Source of the DNA: a virus
Lineage: Duplodnaviria > Caudoviricetes
Virus record (IMG/VR): IMGVR_UViG_3300025280_000036
Span: 1 to 60,023 of that record
Strand: one strand, 5' to 3'
Length of the DNA: 60,023 nt
Positions 54,741 to 60,023 of this stretch are shown here, in pieces. Made by a program: the position numbers and the translations under genes. The stretch's first letter is position 1, and each line of letters starts with the position of its first letter. A model generated the notes under the pieces. The model saw only the letters and a list, made by a program, of their open reading frames with translations. It was not told the DNA's origin and searched no databases.

Positions 54741-56501
54741 ATGAGCAGGAGTGCTGTCGAGCTTGCCGTTCAAAACGCCAAACACAACCAAAGAATCCTC
54801 TGCCCTGCCTGCGGCCCTACCCGTAAAAAGTCTAAACAAAAAACATTGAGCATCACCGTCGAGCCTGACGGGACCAAACTTTTTTGCTGCCATCACTGCG
54901 ATATCAGCGGTCGAATCTCAGAAAAACCGCGCCCCTTAATTGACCCGCTCGATGAATTCCTGCAATCCGTTCCGGGCCATCCCAACGTCATTGAACTCCC
55001 GAGTGCCACACACGACCGCGAGCTTGAGCAGTTCATGGAATCTCGCGGAATCTCTAGGGAAACCTATCAGAATTTCGGCGTGACCAGCGACATCCGCTGG
55101 TTCGATAAAAAAGCCGGTGAACAACTGGCGGTCGGTTTCACTTATGGCGATCCTGCCGAACCGAGTGCGATCAAGTGGCGCTCACTGAAAAGCAAAGCCT
55201 TTACCCAGACAGGTGCAGCGCAAACTTTTTATGGCCTTGAAAAACTGCCCAAAGACATGAGCGATATGACCCTCGTTATCTGCGAGGGCGAAATCGATTG
55301 TCTCAGCGTAGCGCAGGCATTTTCTGCTACTGATACAGAAGTGGCGGTGGTGAGTGTACCGAATGGCGCTCCAGCCAAACCTGTACGGCATGATGATGGC
55401 ATCAAGTTCAACTACCTGTGGGAGGCAAGGGAATTACTGGAATCGAGTAGCAGAATTATCCTTGCCACTGACCACGACCAGCCCGGAGACAATCTCAAGC
55501 AGGAGATCGCCCGCAGGGTAGGGCGAGGACGATGCTGGGAGGTTGAATTCAGCACCGAACTCAAGGATGCCAACGCGGTCCTGTGCGCCGAAGGCCCGGA
55601 ACGATTGCGGGAAATTATCGAGGCGGCCACACCAATGCCGCTGGCCGGTGTGTTCAGCGCCAAGGATTATGAGGAACAGGTGGAGGAAATTTTCGATGCC
55701 GGTGGTACAGGCAAGGGCTTGAGTACGGGTTTCAAATCGCTTGATAAAATCCTGACGATTGCCCCCGGCTTATACGTTATTACTGGCATGGCAGGTCATG
55801 GTAAATCTTCCCTGATAGACAATCTGTTGCTCAACACGAGCGAGCAGCACGGCTACCGGTGGGCAGTTTGCTCGATGGAAAACCCGGTCCCGATTCATAT
55901 CTTGAAACTGGCTGCCCTGAAAACGCAGAAGCCATTTTTTGAAGGGCCAACCGAACGGATGTCCAAACAGGAATTGCGTGAATCTATAGACTGGATCAAC
56001 GACCGGTTTTGTTTTTTGGAAAACAAGGACGGGGAAGTCGCCACCATCGATTCCATTATCCGCAGAAGCCGTGATGCATTGCTCAGGCTGGGTATCAACG
56101 GCTTGTTAATCGATCCTTATAACTTCTTGGAACCTACCAATAAAAACACGAACGAGCATCAGGAAATCAGTGCCAATTTGTCAAAAATAATTTCATTTTC
56201 GCAGGAAGCGAACCTGACGGTATTTTTTGTCGCACACCCCACCAAGCAATACCCGCAGGGTGAGAAGGAAAAACCGGTTGATGGAAACGCGATTTCTGGC
56301 AGCTATTCTTGGGCGTCCAAGACAGACTTCGGGGTTACGCTGTTTAGGACCAACGATCCGAACGATCACACGCCTGAAGTCATCGTTTGGAAATCGCGGT
56401 TTAACTGGATCGCGCAGCGCGGATCGCAAAAATTATCCTACGATGTTGCGACCGGAAAGATGAGCGATATCAGGGATGATTTTGATTGGTCCGTAAGTTA
56501 G
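54741..56501 (+). CDS. Primase-helicase (T7 gp4/Twinkle-like)
   Basis: CPAC...CHHC Zn finger; EGEIDCLS, SVPNGA, DHDQPG, KDAN TOPRIM; GMAGHGKS, IDPYN, VAHP. Confidence 0.93.
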   Translation: MSRSAVELAVQNAKHNQRILCPACGPTRKKSKQKTLSITVEPDGTKLFCCHHCDISGRISEKPRPLIDPLDEFLQSVPGHPNVIELPSATHDRELEQFMESRGISRETYQNFGVTSDIRWFDKKAGEQLAVGFTYGDPAEPSAIKWRSLKSKAFTQTGAAQTFYGLEKLPKDMSDMTLVICEGEIDCLSVAQAFSATDTEVAVVSVPNGAPAKPVRHDDGIKFNYLWEARELLESSSRIILATDHDQPGDNLKQEIARRVGRGRCWEVEFSTELKDANAVLCAEGPERLREIIEAATPMPLAGVFSAKDYEEQVEEIFDAGGTGKGLSTGFKSLDKILTIAPGLYVITGMAGHGKSSLIDNLLLNTSEQHGYRWAVCSMENPVPIHILKLAALKTQKPFFEGPTERMSKQELRESIDWINDRFCFLENKDGEVATIDSIIRRSRDALLRLGINGLLIDPYNFLEPTNKNTNEHQEISANLSKIISFSQEANLTVFFVAHPTKQYPQGEKEKPVDGNAISGSYSWASKTDFGVTLFRTNDPNDHTPEVIVWKSRFNWIAQRGSQKLSYDVATGKMSDIRDDFDWSVS

Positions 56502-56779
56502 AGCAATCCGTTGTTGCGCGCAATCGTCACCAGATCGTCAGCCAGCCGCTTGTTTTTTTCGATGAGGTCATCCCGCAACGCGATCAGATCGGTGCGCAGC
56601 GTTTGAATCTGAGGCTGTAATACATCCAAGATCGCTGCCGCTTGGGTTAATCGCTCAATGCTCTCCCGGTAGCTGCACTGTGATTCCTCCTGTTGCTGGC
56701 GCAACAGTTCGTTGTGCTGATGCCACGCCTGAGCGTTGTCTGAATCGATCAGATCGTCATCGTGTTGGTTGTTGGTCAT
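56498..56779 (-). CDS. Hypothetical coiled-coil protein
   Basis: GAGGA RBS. Confidence 0.6.
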   Translation of the reverse strand: MTNNQHDDDLIDSDNAQAWHQHNELLRQQQEESQCSYRESIERLTQAAAILDVLQPQIQTLRTDLIALRDDLIEKNKRLADDLVTIARNNGLL

Positions 56780-56791
56780 TTGGATTCCTCT

Positions 56792-57301
56792 TCATTCAGG
56801 GTTAGACATGAGACTCTCAGGATTCAGGCTGACCCTGTGGTCTCGATCATTGAAACATACTCGCACGTCACCAAAGTCCATGACGAATAGATCGGTGTAA
56901 GGTGAGTTCCAACGAATGGGACCATTCTCTACTGGCGGTTGGGTGCGGACCTGCACGAATTCTATTTCGACAGGAAGTTTCGTAACTGCTGTATTTATGC
57001 GCTGCCCCCACCACCAGACTAAGTTTCGGCTCGCCTTGAAATCGTCAATAGTATCTCGCGTGAATACCAAATCATCAATGGTTATCGCAACGTCCAAAAT
57101 GGTGCTGAAGACTTCTTCAATCTTTTCATTGAGGATTGCTGTGCCCATCCTTCGCAATAGCGTTCCGGTCCTGACAAACACCTGCGCCATTTCGCTCTGC
57201 AGTTCCGCAGTAGTTACCGCTTCACCGCCGAAACCTTCCTCGCCATCAACCGCTGCCATGATTTCCATGTCTCTCAGTTCAGCCTTCGTCGGCTTTGTCA
57301 T
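56792..57301 (-). CDS. Hypothetical protein, paralog of 58603-58935
   Basis: DDLVFTRDTI...TDLFVMDFGDVRVCFN; AGGAGG RBS. Confidence 0.7.
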   Translation of the reverse strand: MTKPTKAELRDMEIMAAVDGEEGFGGEAVTTAELQSEMAQVFVRTGTLLRRMGTAILNEKIEEVFSTILDVAITIDDLVFTRDTIDDFKASRNLVWWWGQRINTAVTKLPVEIEFVQVRTQPPVENGPIRWNSPYTDLFVMDFGDVRVCFNDRDHRVSLNPESLMSNPE

Positions 57302-57318
57302 TTGTATTCCTCCTTTTT

Positions 57319-57717
57319 CTAAGCGGCCAGAAACATCCCAATCGTCCCATCGGACCTTAGCCAGATTTGCTCGATAAAGTAGTGCCATGTGCCAGCTTGA
57401 TTGAGAACATCCGCGACAGCGCGTTTGGCACTGGCTATGTCCACATAGCCATTAACGACCTTGATTTTTTCCTGCGAAACCCAAACCTTGTATTCTTTTT
57501 CTACGTTCGGCTTCCAGTTTTTGTAATCGTAGGCTTGTTCGCTGAGAGCATATTCCCCATCGGGAATTTCCCCAATGGCCTCGGACCCGACCTTGTTGGT
57601 TTCGACAAAAACAGGGTAGCCATCATCAGCAATTTCATCGGACTCATAGCCGATGCTCCAGTTGATTTGGGATGCTTCGTAATCCCACTCTCGATTGATG
57701 TCGTTCAGCAAACCCAT
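57319..57717 (-). CDS. Hypothetical protein
   Basis: GAGGAG RBS. Confidence 0.7.
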   Translation of the reverse strand: MGLLNDINREWDYEASQINWSIGYESDEIADDGYPVFVETNKVGSEAIGEIPDGEYALSEQAYDYKNWKPNVEKEYKVWVSQEKIKVVNGYVDIASAKRAVADVLNQAGTWHYFIEQIWLRSDGTIGMFLAA

Positions 57718-57718
57718 G

Positions 57719-58072
57719 TCAATTCACTCCTCTCTCTTCATCTTCTAGGACTTTCTTGATAGCTTGGTTTCGGGGAGTCTTGCCTAGATGTCGCAGAGCG
57801 AAATAAGCCATCAGTTGATCAACCTCAAACTTTTTCAGCTTCAGAATCCTATAAATAACAATGCTTACATCTTCGCTCATGTCTCCGATCTGCGGGTCAA
57901 CCATAGGCGAACCATCAAGCTCACCAAGTAACATATGAATGAACCTTTTCCTTTCTTCACGATTATAATCAGCCATAGCATTGTCGAAGTTAATGCTTTT
58001 GTATCCCCTGAACGAACCGTCCGGGTTCTTCACTTCTTCCATATCGTCAAAATTTTCTATTCTCGGCTTCAT
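57719..58072 (-). CDS. Hypothetical protein
   Basis: GGAGG RBS; N-terminus duplicated at window start. Confidence 0.75.
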   Translation of the reverse strand: MKPRIENFDDMEEVKNPDGSFRGYKSINFDNAMADYNREERKRFIHMLLGELDGSPMVDPQIGDMSEDVSIVIYRILKLKKFEVDQLMAYFALRHLGKTPRNQAIKKVLEDEERGVN

Positions 58073-58482
58073 GTCATGTCCTCCTTCGGTTTAGTGCTCT
58101 GTTGCCTTAACTTCACTGACTCGATCAGTTCAACAGCATTGATGCGTCCCGTTTTGAGTCGTGCAAGATCGGTCTCACAGATATGTATCGGTGAACAATC
58201 GAAATCGTCCAGAGCAACCAAGTCATCCCGTAATTTTTTTAGATGCTCAAGCCCCTGATCACCGAGATTATCTAGTGCCAGTTCGCCTTCAATCAATTCC
58301 TGACCTCCTTCATCGTAGGTAAGGTCAGCGATAGCGTGATTGATGAGATATTGAATCAGGCTTAGATCATCCTCACTGAGCGACAATTCGTTTTCGTTGT
58401 CACCACCAGCTATGATTTTCGTTGTCACCACCAAGGTCGCATAAGAGTCATCCTGCTCGTCGGTTTTTTCATTCCATTTCAT
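58069..58482 (-). CDS. Acidic hypothetical protein (absent from allele A)
   Basis: GAGG RBS, D/E-rich. Confidence 0.7.
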   Translation of the reverse strand: MKWNEKTDEQDDSYATLVVTTKIIAGGDNENELSLSEDDLSLIQYLINHAIADLTYDEGGQELIEGELALDNLGDQGLEHLKKLRDDLVALDDFDCSPIHICETDLARLKTGRINAVELIESVKLRQQSTKPKEDMT

Positions 58483-58491
58483 GTCATACCC

Positions 58492-58590
58492 TCAGTCAGA
58501 GTCAGAAAAATAAGCAGTTATCGCTAACGGTAGCAACACCACCCCTAAAACGAAAAATGGTTCGGCAAAAAAATTCATAAAATCAATCAT
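58492..58590 (-). CDS. 32-aa TM micropeptide MIDFMNFFAEPFFVLGVVLLPLAITAYFSDSD
   Basis: Homolog of 154-243 with synonymous substitutions. Confidence 0.8.
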   Translation of the reverse strand: MIDFMNFFAEPFFVLGVVLLPLAITAYFSDSD

Positions 58591-58602
58591 GGTTTATAGT
58601 CC

Positions 58603-58935
58603 TCAATAATTAAAACACGCTCGTACTTCGCCAAAGTCCACGATGCACAGGTCAGTACGAGGTTGACCTTTACGCAACTGCGCTGATCCGATTTCGATAA
58701 GGGCTTTGATCGCATCTGGTGGCGTCTGAGCATCCAGCCGACGGAGATGGGCACGAGGATATTGAACATACTTTCTCGTCACCCCTCCTTCTCTCCACTT
58801 CTGTCGGCTTGTCTGGAAATCCTCAATCGTGTCTCGCGTAAAGACCAGATCATCGACAGTTACATCAAAAGCGCCGAAGTAGTGTTTAAAGACTGCTTCA
58901 ATCTGTTCATCGGATAGTGGGATATTGTTTCTCAT
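58603..58935 (-). CDS. Hypothetical protein
   Basis: GAGGAC RBS; paralog of 56792-57301. Confidence 0.7.
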   Translation of the reverse strand: MRNNIPLSDEQIEAVFKHYFGAFDVTVDDLVFTRDTIEDFQTSRQKWREGGVTRKYVQYPRAHLRRLDAQTPPDAIKALIEIGSAQLRKGQPRTDLCIVDFGEVRACFNY

Positions 58936-58941
58936 GTTGGT

Positions 58942-59331
58942 TTAGTCCTCATAATGCCAATTGTTGCCGTAATTACCGCCTTCCAAACAGTCTCGCTCCA
59001 CCAGTATCCATCTAGTACGTACGTGCCATTTATGATGAAACACACCTAGCTTTCGCAATTGCCACGATGTCTCTTTTAGAGTTTCCCATCGTTTATTAGG
59101 CCCGAAGTAGTCAATGTCATCTAAAGCAGAACCAATGTCCCATTCAAGGCTGGCTTTCAAAAACGCGGCAACGAATTGCATGTGCCGTTTTTGAACAGGT
59201 AAAGCACTATTTTTATCTCCCATTGCACCGGCTGAACAGTCGCCATCCACAGCAAGTAAACAGTATTCATGCCAGTTGGCTCTTGTCAGCGTTGGTAGGA
59301 AAATTTCCGTGATCTGGTTTGTGTTTTTCAT
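58942..59331 (-). CDS. Hypothetical protein
   Basis: Ends in the GAGGACTAA junction. Confidence 0.6.
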   Translation of the reverse strand: MKNTNQITEIFLPTLTRANWHEYCLLAVDGDCSAGAMGDKNSALPVQKRHMQFVAAFLKASLEWDIGSALDDIDYFGPNKRWETLKETSWQLRKLGVFHHKWHVRTRWILVERDCLEGGNYGNNWHYED

Positions 59332-59346
59332 GTCACTATCAATTCG

Positions 59347-59553
59347 TTATTCGTTATCAAGATACGCGGCTAAATCCGGAACGATGTGGATCGCCAATCC
59401 AGCAAACCCAACAACGCGGCTGAAACAGGCTTTGTCGCTGACCCATCCTTTGTACTCGTCTATGTATATTTCAATCTGGAAATTTCCAAACGTAAAAACG
59501 AACGGCCCACGCCACGATTTTTCTTTGTGTTCAAATTTACGGTAGCGGTTCAT
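59347..59553 (-). CDS. Hypothetical protein
   Basis: AGGAG RBS just downstream of the hammerhead. Confidence 0.55.
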   Translation of the reverse strand: MNRYRKFEHKEKSWRGPFVFTFGNFQIEIYIDEYKGWVSDKACFSRVVGFAGLAIHIVPDLAAYLDNE

Positions 59554-59579
59554 ATCATGTCTCCTTTGTTCTCTGGGTT

Positions 59580-59644
59580 TTCCAAGACCGCTGACCTCGG
59601 CAACGGTTTCGGCTGGTAACCAACCAGCACTCATTCAGTTGGAA
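59580..59644 (-). ncRNA. Type I hammerhead ribozyme, variant core (CUGAAUGA)
   Basis: UUCCAA-CUGAAUGA-G(U)GCUGGU-UGGUU-ACCAGC-C-GAAA-CCGUUG...CAGCGG-UC-UUGGAA; compensatory changes relative to 1203-1267. Confidence 0.85.
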
Positions 59645-59798
59645 TTAAAAAATCTTGCTTATAGACATCTGCCTTGCATCCTTGGCATTTTGTGGCGTAC
59701 CACCGAAAGTGATACACGATTGAGTGGTACCCACAATGCGGGCACTGGATTGCTTTCCCGTCAGCCCCAGCCCGCGTGTCTCTATCAACCTTTTTCAT
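59631..59798 (-). CDS. Small zinc-ribbon protein (allele B)
   Basis: CPHC...CQGC; homolog of 1251-1421. Confidence 0.8.
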   Translation of the reverse strand: MKKVDRDTRAGADGKAIQCPHCGYHSIVYHFRWYATKCQGCKADVYKQDFLIPTE

Positions 59799-59890
59799 CA
59801 CTTTCTCCTCTAGCCCTCTTGGTTTAGCCCTTAATAAAAAAACAATCCTATACGAAACAATTGAACATTGCAACCTGGTGCAACAAAAGT

Positions 59891-60023
59891 GCTAGCTGCA
59901 ATACTTGGCGTAGCACACCGGGCCGATTCCGCGTTCAATCGATTCCTCGTTTTCAAGATGGGTATTGCAGAATCCGCATGTGCCGACCAAGCGCCCGTAA
60001 GCGGCAGCGGCAGCGACGTGATC
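59891..60023 (-). CDS. 3' end of the SNF2 helicase (allele B, truncated by window edge)
   Basis: Matches 1514-1645 with third-position SNPs. Confidence 0.85.

Larger units (their letters stand above)
57940..60023. repeat. Right copy of the terminal duplication (allele B)
   Basis: Mosaic match to 1-1645. Confidence 0.95.

Noticed and set aside
1-60023. Integrated prophage with host flanks, tRNAs, DNA/RNA polymerase
   Set aside because: No integrase, att-like junction, host housekeeping gene, cloverleaf or polymerase motif was recognised; the ends overlap each other

Overview
The window looks like one essentially complete tailed dsDNA phage genome (about 58 kb unit length, podovirus-like, host probably Gram-negative) plus about 2 kb of overlap. 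The two ends (1-1645 and 57940-60023) are non-identical versions of the same locus. Layout: (1) a leftward early arm of small genes with an SNF2 helicase, repeated hairpins and a hammerhead ribozyme; (2) terS, an AT-rich control region, terL, portal, GroES, capsid, tail and fibre, lysis and ejection genes; (3) an accessory operon at 42.6-49.1 kb encoding CsgF, CsgG, two curlin-like proteins, a FecR-domain protein and a CHASE2 class III cyclase; (4) a C5 DNA methyltransferase whose motif IX is in a nested alternative-frame ORF; (5) recombination genes, a RusA-like resolvase and a primase-helicase. I saw no DNA polymerase, RNA polymerase, integrase, tRNA or CRISPR array. All calls come from reading motifs by eye; no database searches were run, and alignments were counted manually.
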